Assembly (NCBI GenBank): GCA_963735595.1
Contig: CAVTLK010000002.1
Coordinates: 736,001 to 800,000, forward strand
Length of the DNA stretch: 64,000 nucleotides
Origin: an uncultured delta proteobacterium
GTDB lineage: Bacteria > Desulfobacterota > Zymogenia > Zymogenales > Zymogenaceae
Direction of reading: 5' to 3'
The notes beneath the pieces are model-generated. The model did not search any database, was not told the origin of the DNA, and was given only the letters and a program-made list of their open reading frames with translations. The translations under genes and the position numbers were made by a program. Position 1 is the stretch's first letter, and each line of letters opens with the position of its first letter. This document shows positions 19,958 to 30,586 of this stretch, piece after piece.

Positions 19958-20672
19958 TCATACCGCTCAGCCGCCCCCGAAGCCGACGGTTACCGCACCG
20001 TCCGCGCCGACGACTACCGGCACGATGCCCTCTCCGCCCGAGAGTCTCTCGACGGCCTCGCGCGCCGCGGGATCGTCGTCGATGACGATCTCCACGAAGG
20101 AGACGCGCCGCTCGGTCAGATCTTGCAGGGCCTTTTCGCAGTAGGGGCACCCGCGCTTGGTATAGACGGTTACCTGCCCGGCCGGCTCTATACGTCCTTC
20201 CTGCTGGGCAGCTTCGTACACCTGCTCGACCGCAAACCGTACGTATGCCAGGCACTTTTGCTTCCAGACTGCCCGATTCGAGAAATTCCTGATAGGCGCC
20301 GGGCGCCGAGAAGTCGTATCCGACCAGCTGCCGGCAGGTGAGCCCCGAGAACGTCCCGGTAAACCGTTTCACGAGGTCGCCTGCGGCGAGCCGGGCGCGG
20401 TGCCGCGCCTGTTTGACCGCCGGCTTATCTTCCTTCGGGGCACGGGACACGAGGCCGACGGCGATGACCGCCGTGGAAACCGCCCCGCAGGGCGCGTCCT
20501 GGCTTCCCCCGATACCGCCCAGAAAGGGAATCCCGGCCCAGAGGATGGACTCGTCTCCGAGATCGAACGCTTCCCACAGAACCTGCAGGACTGCCGGTCC
20601 TCAGTGGTACCCTTTACCCAGAAGCTCACTAACCCTTTGTTTTGCCTTATCGACGGGAAATGAAGGGATCAT
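19958..20672 (-). CDS. Putative di-selenoprotein: C-GCAxxG-C-C family domain fused to UXX-star glutaredoxin-like domain; one apparent +1 indel near 20270
   Basis: AAAGGAG RBS and ATG 20672; MIPSF...KGYH-TGA(20603-20601)-GPAVLQ...GGIGGSQDAPCGAV...LTCRQL...KCLAYV...YTKRGCPYC...VPVV...TVGFGGG-TGA(19969-19967)-AV-TGA; hairpin 10 nt after each internal UGA. Confidence 0.8.
20572..20590 (-). promoter_or_regulatory. Candidate bacterial SECIS for Sec24
   Basis: UCCUGCAG-GUU-CUGUGGGA begins 10 nt after UGA; resembles the E. coli fdhF apical UGCAGGUCUGCA. Confidence 0.65.
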
Positions 20673-20747
20673 CTCTATCTCCTTTTATACGGGGGAATAA
20701 ACCCAATAGCGCGGTATAAGGCGGCGGCGGGCCGCCCCGCGGGCCGG

Positions 20748-23194
20748 CTACCCGATATCAACGAGCGAAAGCCTGCCGGCAAACCGGGACATCAAGACCT
20801 CCCGGGCCGCCCGGTTGGCGGGGTCCGAGAGGGTGGGGTCTTCGTGAAGGAGGGACTCGGCCTCCTTTCGGGCGGTGAGCAGCGTCCGGTAGTCCCTCGT
20901 GAGGTCCACCGCCCGGAACGCGGGCAGCCCCGATTGCCTGGTGCCCATAAACTCGCCCGGCCCCCTGATCTTGAGATCCTCCTCGGCAATCTCGAAACCG
21001 TCGGTCGTACTGGTCATGATATCCAGACGCCGCGCGGCGTCCTCGGAGCGGACGAAATCGGCCAGCAGGATGCAGTAGGAACGCTGGCCGGCGCGCCCGA
21101 CCCTGCCGCGCAGCTGATGGAGCTGGGACAGGCCGTAGCGCTCGGCGTGCTCGATGACCATTACCGTCGCATTGGGGACGTCCACCCCGACCTCCACGAC
21201 GGTCGTGGAGACCAGGATATTGATCTCCCCACGCGAGAACGCCCCCATGATCTCTTCCTTCTGGGGCCCCTTCATCCTGCCGGTGATCAGCCCCACACGG
21301 TACTCGGCGAAGACCTTTGTCAGCTCCGCGGCCATACGCACCGCGTCCTTGAGGGGAAGGGAGTCTGATTCCTCCACGAGGGGATACACGAAGAAGGCCT
21401 GCCTGCCTTTTACGAGCTCTTCCCGGATGATCTCGTAGGCTTTCCGCCTCGTGGCTTCGGAAAGCAGGATCGTGGTGGGTGGGAGTCCTGCCGGGAGGCA
21501 TCTGATCGATGACGCTCACGTCCAGGTCGCCGTAGACGGTCAGCGCCAGCGTCCGCGGGATGGGGGTTGCCGTCATGACGATCATCTCGGGGGCCAGGCC
21601 CTTTTCCTTGAGGGCGCCGCGCTGCAGCACACCGAACCGGTGCTGCTCGTCGATTACCACCAGGCCCAGGTCATAAAAGAGGACGTCTTTCGAAATAAGC
21701 GCGTGGGTGCCGAAGAGGATGGAGATGCTCCCATCGGCAATCCCGGACAGGATCTCGTCACGACGCTTCCCCTTTACCGAGGCGGTGAGCAGGGCGGAGC
21801 TAACGCCGACGGCGGCCAACATCCCGGAGAGGTTTCGAGAGTGCTGCTCGGCAAGGATTTCGGTGGGCGCCATGAGCGCGGCCTGTGCCTTTTCCTCCAC
21901 GACGGCCAGCGCCGCGGCGCAGGCCACCACGGTCTTTCCCGCACCCGACGTCGCCCTGGATGAGGCGGTGGGCCGGGTAGGGGGCACGCAGGTCGGCGAT
22001 TACCTCCGAGAGGACCCGGCTCTGGGCATCCGTCAGGGGAAACGAGAGGCCGGCAAGGAACGACTCCATGAGCGTCGCTTCAGCCCGGTAGCTCCTGCCC
22101 GGCGACCTGATGAGGTTTTTCTTTCTCAATAAAAGCCCCATCTCCAGGATGAAGAGCTCGTCCATTGCCAGGGACCGGATCGGCGGATAAGAATCGTCGG
22201 AGAGGGAGGGCGCGTCGTCAACGGGGTCGTGAATTTGGCGGACCGCCTCGGCGACCGGCATGAGGCCCAGCCGGCGCCTGATGTCTTCGGGGACCCCGTC
22301 GGGGAGAAGGGCCCCGTACGAGGAGAGCGCCGATCCCACGATCGAGACCATCGATTTGAGGCTGATCCCCTCGGTGAGGGGGTAGCGGGGGATGAGGCGG
22401 CCCCGGTACTCTTCCGATTCGTCCCACGGCTCCACGTCCGGGTGCGCCATGCTCTTCTTGAAGCTATATTCCGTGACGACCCCGCGCACCAGGAGCTTAG
22501 AACCATTCTTGAACCGCCCCTGCATGTAGGAGGGGGCATTAAACCAGACGAGCGTCATGACGTCGCGGCCGTCGGTTACGATCATCTCGTAGAGACGCTT
22601 TCTGGTCCTGCGGGAGTAGCGCTGCCCCCCGGCGACCACCTCAACGATGAGCGCGCCGGGCTGTTTATGGGTCAGTTCCCTGATCGTGTTGAGCTGGCGC
22701 ACGTCGATATAGTAGTGGGGGATGAGAAACAGGAGGTCCTCCACCGTCTCGATACCGCGCTTCCTCAGGAGCTCCCCCCGGCGCGGGCCCACCCCCTTGA
22801 CGTACTCAACGGGTGTCCTGAGCTTCTGGAGGGCGGCCGAGAGATCCGGCGAACCGGGCGGCAGGGGGCTTTCCGTGTCGCCCGGTGACGGGACGGCGGA
22901 GGTGATCTCGTTCAGAATGGCGAGGGACCGGGTAACGGCCTGCCGCTTTGCTTCGTCGGGGAGCGCGTCAAAATCACCGAGCGATTCGTCCAGCGTGTCG
23001 ACCTGCGTCTGCCACCGGGGGTAGTCGGGAGCCGCGCGCATCCGGGAAATAATCTGCCTGGCGGTGGCCGAAAAGCCGGTGAGCCGAAAGAGGAGGGCAA
23101 AGTCACCCTTGGCCGCATAGGCGAGCGGCCTGGCCAGGAGGGCGGCCAGCTTGTCGGTTGAGTCGGGCGAGGGCCGGGACGGTGCATTTCCCAT
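20748..23194 (-). CDS. recG: ATP-dependent DNA helicase RecG with N-terminal extension; apparent frameshifts near 21940 and 21475
   Basis: VKGVGP, wedge domain, [38 protein letters not shown] across three frames. Confidence 0.93.
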
Positions 23195-23245
23195 ATCACC
23201 GAGTCTACCCGATAATGGCCCGGATTAAAAGGACTTTTTAATGCC

Positions 23246-23274
23246 TTGACAAGCGGCGGACGCCGTTTTAGTAT
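23246..23274 (+). promoter_or_regulatory. Sigma70 promoter, probably giving a leaderless mRNA
   Basis: TTGACA-17 bp-TAGTAT; ATG 7 nt downstream. Confidence 0.55.
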
Positions 23275-23281
23275 CGGGGCT

Positions 23282-24323
23282 ATGGAGTACCTCGACATCA
23301 GGGGCGTCTCGAAGCGTTTCGGCGGCGTGCCGGCCGTCAGATCGGTAGACCTTACCACGGCAAAGGGATCGGTTACGGTGATCCTGGGGCCGTCCGGCTG
23401 CGGCAAATCGACATTGTTGCGCATCATCGCCGGGATTGAGGAGCCGGACGAGGGGACGATCCGTCTCTCGGGGCGTGATATCACCGATAGCCAGCCGCGT
23501 GACCGCAATATCGCCATGGTGTTTCAGGACTATGCCCTCTATCCCCACATGAGCGCCGAGAAAAACATGACCTTCGGCCTGATCATGCGGGGGGTGTCGA
23601 GGCGGGAGGCCAAAGAGCGGGCGGCGCGGGCCGCGCGCATGCTGGGGATAGAGGCGCTGCTCAAGAAGAAACCGGGGGCGCTGTCCGGGGGGGAGCGGCA
23701 GCGCCTTGCCGTCGGCAGGGCGATTGTCAAGGAGCCGAGCCTCTTCCTGATGGACGAACCGCTGAGCAACGTCGACGCGCAGTTCAAGGCCGCCATGCGA
23801 TTCGAGATAACGCGCCTCATTCGGGACCTTCAGGGCACCATGATCTGGGTCACCCACGACCAGGTGGAAGCAATGACGATGGCCGACAGGCTGGTCGTTA
23901 TGAAAGAGGGCGCGGTCGTGGCGGCAGGCACTCCCCGGGGTTTGTATGAGCGTCCCCCCGATCTCTTCGTCGCGGGGTTTCTCGGGAGCCCCCCGATGAA
24001 TATCATCCCCGGAGGGTCGTCGGTCTACCGGCGGCTTGCGCGGGCAGGCGACGATAGGCGGGGCGACCGAATCGTGCTCGGGGTCCGCCCGGAGGATATC
24101 GTGATCGGCCGGGGAGAGTTTACGGCGACCGTCGTTTTTCGCGAAGAGCTCGGCTTCGAGACACGGCTTACCCTTCAGGTAACAGACGGCACGGCGCGGG
24201 AGACGCTGACTGGCGCGCCTGGTCGGAGAGCCGCCCGAGGTCGGCAGCGAGGTCCGCTTTTCTATCGACGGGCGGCGCCTGCACCGCTTTGACCCGGTTA
24301 CCGAAAAGAGGATCGAGAAGTGA
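23282..24323 (+). CDS. Sugar ABC transporter ATP-binding protein (MalK/UgpC-like); frameshift near 24210
   Basis: GPSGCGKS, VFQDYALYPHM, LSGGERQR, DEPLSN, THDQ; TOBE tail continues in second frame to TGA 24323. Confidence 0.88.
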
Positions 24324-24961
24324 AAAAGGCAGCCCGCCGCCGGCACCTCCTGTTTTTCTCTACCTCGCTTTTTGCCCATCTCCTGTTTGTACTCATACTC
24401 GTCGGGGTATGTCTCGTCGTCTCGGATACGCCGCCTATCGGCGGAGACCGACCGCTTGTGATATCGCTGGACGGGCGCGGCTCGGCCGATGACGGGACGG
24501 TCATAGATAGCCCGCTGGAAAAGACATCCACCCCCCGGACCGGACCCGCCCCTCACGACGCGAACCCAACGGAGGAATCGACGGATTACGGAGTTTCGGG
24601 CGGCGGGAATGCCGCGGGCGGTTCCGACGGCCTGGCGGGCGTAGTTGAAGGCGGCGGTACCGGTGACGCGGCGCTGATTTCGGGCTATATCGAGGGTATC
24701 CACGCGCGCATAAACCGATACAAGCGCTACCCGCCGGGGGCGGCCCGGGGCGGGATAGAGGGGACGGTCACCGTCTCGTTTCTGCTCGACAGGCACGGCG
24801 TCCTCCTCGAAAAGGGGATCGTGGCGGGCTCGGGCAACCGGGCGCTGGACGAGGCGGCGCTTGCCGCGGTCGGGGACTCGTCGCCCTTTCCCCCGTTTCC
24901 GGAAGGCCTGGACCGGGAAACGCTCCGGCTCAGGCTTCCCATCAATTACCGGCAACGATAG
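24320..24961 (+). CDS. tonB: TonB-family energy transducer
   Basis: N-terminal TM with S..AH, YP..A...GIEGTV, SG..ALDEAA, PFPPFP. Confidence 0.8.
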   Translation: MKKAARRRHLLFFSTSLFAHLLFVLILVGVCLVVSDTPPIGGDRPLVISLDGRGSADDGTVIDSPLEKTSTPRTGPAPHDANPTEESTDYGVSGGGNAAGGSDGLAGVVEGGGTGDAALISGYIEGIHARINRYKRYPPGAARGGIEGTVTVSFLLDRHGVLLEKGIVAGSGNRALDEAALAAVGDSSPFPPFPEGLDRETLRLRLPINYRQR

Positions 24962-25005
24962 GTTCCTTCGAGCGATGGCATTCGGTGTCGGGAGCCGCCC
25001 ACGGG

Positions 25006-25047
25006 TTGACAGGGCGGCCGGTTATCCGTATAATATAGGTAGTCTAA
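25006..25047 (+). promoter_or_regulatory. Consensus sigma70 promoter with candidate DtxR-type operator
   Basis: TTGACA-17 bp-TATAAT then ATAGGTAGTCTAA. Confidence 0.65.
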
Positions 25048-25057
25048 GGAACCGGTA

Positions 25058-25606
25058 ATGCCGATAAAACAACGCCTTTCCCCGAGCATGGAAGACTACC
25101 TCGAGGTCATTTACGGCCTGGTCAATGAAAACCGGGTTGCCCGTGTCAGGGATATCGCCGATATACTCGCCGTCACGATGCCGTCGGTAACGGGGGCGCT
25201 CAAGAAGCTCTCCAAGAAGGGGCTGGTCAACTACGACCCGCACGAAGTCATAACCCTGACGCCCGAGGGCCAGGCGCTGGCCGGCAAGCTCGCCCACGCC
25301 CACAGGTCAATCGCATCGTTTCTGACGGAAGTCCTCAATATCCAGCCCGAGATTGCCGAAAAAAACGCGTGCCGTATGGAGCACGCCATCGACGACGTCG
25401 TGCTGACGCGCCTCATCCGCTATATCGAGTTCGTCGGGAAATGTCCCGGAGCCGGGGCGCACTTTTCCGAGGAATACGGCCTGTTCTGCCCCGAGACTCC
25501 CGACCGGCAGACCTGCGAACAATGCCTTGCCGACCGTCTGCGGGAGACCGGGCATGCCGGTGAAAAGAAACAGGCGAAGGTCCTGTCCCGGTCGGCCAAG
25601 CCGTGA
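25058..25606 (+). CDS. DtxR/MntR-family metal-dependent repressor with Cys-rich tail
   Basis: SMEDYLE, ARVRDIA, MPSVT, ACRMEH. Confidence 0.9.
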   Translation: MPIKQRLSPSMEDYLEVIYGLVNENRVARVRDIADILAVTMPSVTGALKKLSKKGLVNYDPHEVITLTPEGQALAGKLAHAHRSIASFLTEVLNIQPEIAEKNACRMEHAIDDVVLTRLIRYIEFVGKCPGAGAHFSEEYGLFCPETPDRQTCEQCLADRLRETGHAGEKKQAKVLSRSAKP

Positions 25607-25638
25607 GACGGGCCGGTTGATACGGAATCGGGGTACAT

Positions 25639-25675
25639 AAAAAAGGGGCGGCCAATGTCAATAGCCGCCTTTTTT
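25639..25675. terminator. Probable bidirectional terminator between convergent genes
   Basis: A6-GGGGCGGC...GCCGCC-T6. Confidence 0.55.
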
Positions 25676-25738
25676 AAGTTATGTGAGAGAAAACCAACCG
25701 CCTCGGGCTCATCCGTTCAGTCGGCAGCGTGTCGATCA

Positions 25739-26743
25739 TTAGACGCCCGCGGCCGGCATACCCTCCGCGATCGAAAAGGCCCGGCTCGTCAGCTCGGCCG
25801 GGATGAGGTTTTGCCGCATCTGCTCGGTCAGCGCCGGTATCGCCAGCCACTGGCCGGACGAGGTCATGACGATCTCGAACGTGCCGTCCGGCTTTACCAC
25901 CGCGGCGCCGCCGGATGCCCAGAACATCATCCGCTTGGCGATGTCTCCCTTTACCCGGTCTCCTTTCCCGAAGAAGACTACCCGCTCGTTTATCCCGACA
26001 TCCCGGTAGAAGGTGTAGGAGAGCCGGACCGAGACGCCGCCGTTCTTGGAGAGGAAGAACGCCCCCCATCCCATCGTCTCGTCGCCGAGGGCCAACAGGC
26101 AGATGGGATGCAGGTAACCGTAGCGGACAAAACGGCAAACGGTTTGGCTATCCTCGGGGTCAAAACCGATCGTCGCAACGACGATTCGATCACCGGAGCC
26201 GTCCACGAGCCTGAACTGCCGTTTGAGGCCCGGATACTGCCTGCCGACACCGCAGACGAAGCAATTTACGTAGTAGGGCAGGGGCATGAGCCTGTCCCTG
26301 ATATCAGCGAAGTTCGCGGGGAGGTTGGAGGAGAGTGCCTTTCTCCCGTCGGGGTCGTCCTTTGTATAGGCGATCTCCCCGGAGATATAGGGATAGGGCT
26401 GGCCCTCCTTTTCGATGACGCCCGTTCCGCCGCCGCCGGCCGCCGACACCGTAAGCCGGGCCGTATCTCCCACAACGACCTGGGCCCCGCCCATCCGAAA
26501 GTCAACCGAGATGGGGAATATCCGGGCGGGGTCGTCCGGAAACGAGGGAGCCAGCGAAAGCAGCTCCATGATCGCCCCCATGCCGAAGCCGCCGTGGGGT
26601 ATGCCGATCCAGCCCTCCGTCCGCTCGTCCATGACCAGGGGGGCGACGAGCGTGCCGTCGGGCGCCGTGTCGTAGTGCCGGATGATAAAGCCGTCAGTCC
26701 CGCAGGCGGAACAATCCTTATGATAGGTAGCTTGAGAGTCCAT
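25739..26743 (-). CDS. Tandem hotdog-fold (PaaI-like) thioesterase
   Basis: Two halves with CSACG/CFVCG, HGG/HP..L.DE motifs. Confidence 0.65.
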   Translation of the reverse strand: MDSQATYHKDCSACGTDGFIIRHYDTAPDGTLVAPLVMDERTEGWIGIPHGGFGMGAIMELLSLAPSFPDDPARIFPISVDFRMGGAQVVVGDTARLTVSAAGGGGTGVIEKEGQPYPYISGEIAYTKDDPDGRKALSSNLPANFADIRDRLMPLPYYVNCFVCGVGRQYPGLKRQFRLVDGSGDRIVVATIGFDPEDSQTVCRFVRYGYLHPICLLALGDETMGWGAFFLSKNGGVSVRLSYTFYRDVGINERVVFFGKGDRVKGDIAKRMMFWASGGAAVVKPDGTFEIVMTSSGQWLAIPALTEQMRQNLIPAELTSRAFSIAEGMPAAGV

Positions 26744-26769
26744 AGTCGCTCCAAACCGGAAGTATCGGC

Positions 26770-27947
26770 TTACTTGGTGAGATATCCCTCGACGTAGATC
26801 TCCAGCGCCCGGATCATCAACGCGAGGTTTTCCATATTGACGCGGTCGATATTATCCTTCGTGCTGTGGAACCCTCCCTCGCCGAGTCCCGGCGTCCCGG
26901 CGTTGCCGATCGTGACCGCGGGTATGCCCGCCGACATGAAGCGCTGCGCATCGTCGGTGATCTTCTCACGGGGCTCAATGGAGGTGCCGGATACCCTTGT
27001 CCAGGCGGCGCCGAGGCGCTCGATGAGGTCCGGGTCGGCGTCGAAATATTTCAGGAATATCCCGTCCTTTTTCCAGTAGACCATGGGGCCGTTTTGAGCG
27101 AAGAGCTCGAGGTTGACGAGGGTCGTGGGGAGGGCGGGTGCCGTGCCGCCGCCGAAGCGCTCCTTCAGGTACCAGTGTGCGCCCTGCAGCGTCACCTCCT
27201 CGCCGGCGGTAAAAATGATAGTAACGTTGGAGTTGCCGAGGCTCACCTTGCCGTCATGGATGTCTTTTGCCAGCACCATGAGGGCCGCCACCGAGGTGCC
27301 GTTGTCCACCGCGCCGTAGCTCTGCCGGTCCGACGGGATGAAGATGTACCCCCCGAACCCGAGGAAGACCAGGCCCCAGAAGACGACGAGCACCCCGGCA
27401 AGGACGATGGTGACCGCCGCCGGCCCCTTTTCCTCAGGAGGTCGTACCTCCTCGTGAAGAAGGTGAAGACGGCAAGCACGATGCCGAGGATAAATGCCAG
27501 CGGTATGAACCGGTATATCTTTGCCCGCTGGACGTGGTCCCAAAAGTCGGTCTTGGAGTCGTAGTGGGCGGCAAAGATCAGCTCCCGCGCCGGATTGGGC
27601 ACCGTGTAGGTGACAACGATATTTTCGCCGGTCGTTTTCACGACGCCCGTGACGACCGGGACAAAGAGCTCGAACTCGACGACGAGCAGGAGCGGGATGG
27701 CGAGCGCCACGATCAGCGCGGCGATCGGCCGTTTCTTGACGATGAGGACCAACAGGAGCACCGCCAGGAGAAGCACGGCGATCCCCAGGATCAGCTGCAT
27801 ATAGGGGCGCAGGGCGAATTCCTGCACGACGAACGGGACGCCCCAATCGGTCAGCGTTGTCTTGATGTACGTTGCGGTTTCTGCGAGGGCCGGACTGTGG
27901 TTGGGGCGCGGGATGGAAAGGTGAGACATTATCTCGGTAAGGTCCAT
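26770..27947 (-). CDS. Membrane M28 metallopeptidase; frameshift near 27430
   Basis: AHYDS, GAVDNGTS, TAGEE, TDD, FHSTKD; TM inserts. Confidence 0.85.
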
Positions 27948-28149
27948 AACAGCCTCCACTCGATAGAATATGCCGCCGATTATAGCACACTTTTTTCGGA
28001 TGGGCATGCAATTATGATCATAGTTGACCATCCGGCGTCTTGTTGTATAATAGAGTAGTGAGGCGATAGGTAGTCTGAAAGACATCGTATTGCCGTCCTC
28101 GTCGATGAGGCCGGCCTTCTTATGTGAAAGATATAAAGGGTTTACCGCC

Positions 28150-28590
28150 ATGAAAGACCCGAAAACCGGGGCCGCTGCGATCCGCGCAATGGAGCCGTCC
28201 GATTATGCGGCAGTCCTGGCCCTCTGGAAGTCTCTGCCCGGCATGGGGCTGTCTTCGGCGGACGAGCCTCACAACATCGCGGCTTTCCTCGAAAAGAACC
28301 CGACGACCAGCCTCGTAGCCGAGCGGGAGGGGCGCATCGTCGGGACGGTGCTGGGCGGCTGGGACGGCCGACGGGGCTACGTCTATCACCTGGCGGTTGC
28401 CCTATCGTCCCAGGCGGCGGGCATCGGGACGGCGCTCATGGACGAGGTCGAGAGGCGGTTCGCCGCGCTGGGCGCGCGGCGCATTCATCTGATGATCTAC
28501 CGGGACAACCAGGCCGCGGCCTTCTACGAGAGGCGCGGCTGGTTCAGCCGGGACGGCGAACTCTCGCTCATGAGTAAGGATTTAGCGTAA
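28150..28590 (+). CDS. GNAT acetyltransferase (YpeA-like)
   Basis: GWDGRRGYVYHLAV, QAAGIG, FYERRG. Confidence 0.88.
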   Translation: MKDPKTGAAAIRAMEPSDYAAVLALWKSLPGMGLSSADEPHNIAAFLEKNPTTSLVAEREGRIVGTVLGGWDGRRGYVYHLAVALSSQAAGIGTALMDEVERRFAALGARRIHLMIYRDNQAAAFYERRGWFSRDGELSLMSKDLA

Positions 28591-28639
28591 CACTCCGTCC
28601 CGTGCGGACGGCGTCCCGGCGTACTCGTCCGGGACGGGG

Positions 28640-29137
28640 ATGAGCACAATGAAACGAGCATCAATTGTCTCCTTTATCTCCCTTATCTGCCTGACGGTCC
28701 TCTTCATCGGGACGGCCGCGTGCGTCCCCATATACTGGGTAGACGGGAGCGGATATTTTATCGCGTCTGACGCGTCGGCAGCCGACGAGGTCCTGGTCCT
28801 GGTCAACCGCGAGCGTCAGAAAAACGGCTTCCCACCCGTCGCCGGTGACCCGGTGCTGTCGGCCATCGCTCAGGACCACGCGGAGGATATGGCCAGGAGG
28901 GGCTATTTCAGCCATACGAGCCCCGAGGGCAACGACCTCTTCGGGCGGCTGGCCGGGGCGCAGGTCTGCTACCGGCGTGCCGCGGAGAACATCGCCTGGG
29001 GCTACAGCAGCCCGACGTCGCTGGTCAGGGGCTGGATGAATTCATCCGGCCACCGAAAAAATATCCTCGGGGACTTTACGAAGGTCGGTATCGGGACGTA
29101 CCGGGGATACTCTGTGCTGGTTCTCGTCAGGGAGTAG
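28640..29137 (+). CDS. CAP (SCP-like) domain lipoprotein
   Basis: TAAC lipobox-like, VNRER, YFSH, AENIA, WMNSSGHRKNIL. Confidence 0.88.
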   Translation: MSTMKRASIVSFISLICLTVLFIGTAACVPIYWVDGSGYFIASDASAADEVLVLVNRERQKNGFPPVAGDPVLSAIAQDHAEDMARRGYFSHTSPEGNDLFGRLAGAQVCYRRAAENIAWGYSSPTSLVRGWMNSSGHRKNILGDFTKVGIGTYRGYSVLVLVRE

Positions 29138-29140
29138 GGG

Positions 29141-30217
29141 ATGGGGGCATACCGCGAGTGCACGTTCTTCGTTTTTTCCGGCACCGGCAACACGTGGTGG
29201 GTTGCCAAACGGATGGCGGCCCGCGCCGGGGCCGCGGGCTTGAGAACGCGCGTCTCGATGCTCGCCGACTGTCCCGTCCGCACTATCACGGTCGACCACG
29301 ACTCTCTCGTGGGCCTCTTCATGCCGACCCACGGGTTCACCGCCCCCTGGCGGATGATCTCGTTTGCCGCCCGGATGCCGCGGGGACGCGGGGCGCACGC
29401 AGTGGTCGCGGCCACCCGGGCCGGGACGAAGTTCGGGAGGGTGTTCCTGCCCGGCATGGAGGGGACGGCGGGCTACCTCATCGCGGGGATACTGGCGATC
29501 AAGGGCTACCGGGTGCGGGGGGTCGCCGGGATAGACATGCCCTCCAACTGGACGGCGCTGCACCCCGGGTTCTCGGAAAAAAACGCCCGGGCGATCATCG
29601 AACGGGCGGGGCCAAAGGCCGACGGCTTCATCGACCGCGTCGTTTCCGGCGGGCGCGCGTTCCGGGGATTCATTTGCCTTGCGCTGGGGATTGTGCTTGC
29701 CCCGATATCGGCGGGGTATCTCTTATACGGCCGCTTCATGCTCTCGAAGCTGTTCTTTGCCGATAATAGATGTAATGGCTGCGGCATCTGCGCCCGCGAC
29801 TGCCCGAACGGCGCGATCAGGATGCTCGGGAAGAAGCGACCCCGGCCGTTCTGGACGTTTGCCTGCGAGAGCTGCATGCGCTGTATGGGCTATTGCCCCA
29901 AGGAGGCCGTGCAGGCCGGGCACTCGTGGGCCGTGATCCTCTACTTCATCACCGTGATACCGTTTGCCCAGTACCTCCTTACCGTCCTTGTCACGTACCT
30001 CCCCGGCGCTCAAGCCATCCGCGGGACGTGGGCCATGAATGTCATCCAGTATCCCTTCTTCCTCCTCTCCCTCATGGGGGCCTACGCCCTCTTCTGGCTT
30101 GCCACCCGCATCCCGGCGGTCAACGCCGTCTTTGCCTACACCACGCTGACCCGGGCCTACCGGCGGTATCACGAGCCGGATACGGGGGTCAAGGAGATGA
30201 GGCGGAAGTCCCGGTGA
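29141..30217 (+). CDS. EFR1-family flavodoxin/4Fe-4S ferredoxin protein
   Basis: FSGTGNT, DMPSNW, CNGCGICARDCP, CESCMRCMGYCP. Confidence 0.88.
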   Translation: MGAYRECTFFVFSGTGNTWWVAKRMAARAGAAGLRTRVSMLADCPVRTITVDHDSLVGLFMPTHGFTAPWRMISFAARMPRGRGAHAVVAATRAGTKFGRVFLPGMEGTAGYLIAGILAIKGYRVRGVAGIDMPSNWTALHPGFSEKNARAIIERAGPKADGFIDRVVSGGRAFRGFICLALGIVLAPISAGYLLYGRFMLSKLFFADNRCNGCGICARDCPNGAIRMLGKKRPRPFWTFACESCMRCMGYCPKEAVQAGHSWAVILYFITVIPFAQYLLTVLVTYLPGAQAIRGTWAMNVIQYPFFLLSLMGAYALFWLATRIPAVNAVFAYTTLTRAYRRYHEPDTGVKEMRRKSR

Positions 30218-30288
30218 CGGGCGGCGGATGCGTTCCTTTTTTAAGTCAATTCGGCTGAATTGCTAATCTATATTTGTTCGCTATTCCG

Positions 30289-30317
30289 TTGACGGAAACT
30301 AATTTGGTTGCTATACT
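30289..30317 (+). promoter_or_regulatory. Sigma70 promoter with extended -10
   Basis: TTGACG-17 bp-(TG)cTATACT. Confidence 0.6.
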
Positions 30318-30433
30318 ATATACAAAGGCCGGCCGACGTGGTGCTTGACCGACGCCGAAAAGCGTGTTGTCGTCGGCGTGACGGGCAGGCTACGCCGGAT
30401 CGCGAAAAAGAAAGAGAAAAAGGAGTATTAGTT

Positions 30434-30586
30434 ATGGCATGGAGAGAAAAGAAGAAACAGAAAGGGATAAAGACTAAAGGGAATGAGAAGGTTTCGGGCG
30501 TAGTAACCTCAGTTGCGGGGGTACTGTCCGCCAGCGGCCCTGCTTTAGCTCAAGCGCCGTATAAGAAGAAGACGAAAAAGAAATAA
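30434..30586 (+). CDS. Possible 50-aa Lys-rich small protein, or decayed secreted-protein gene
   Basis: AAAGGAG RBS, promoter upstream; MAWREKKKQK...SGPALAQAPYKKKTKKK. Confidence 0.4.
   Translation: MAWREKKKQKGIKTKGNEKVSGVVTSVAGVLSASGPALAQAPYKKKTKKK

Noticed and set aside
19881..20629. ORF-track fragments 19881-20450, 19967-20221 and 20369-20629 as separate genes
   Set aside because: Better explained as pieces or shadows of one UGA-recoded, frameshifted gene
23225..24955. 576-aa minus-strand ORF and many similar long antisense ORFs
   Set aside because: Shadows of real genes in GC-rich DNA; no family motifs
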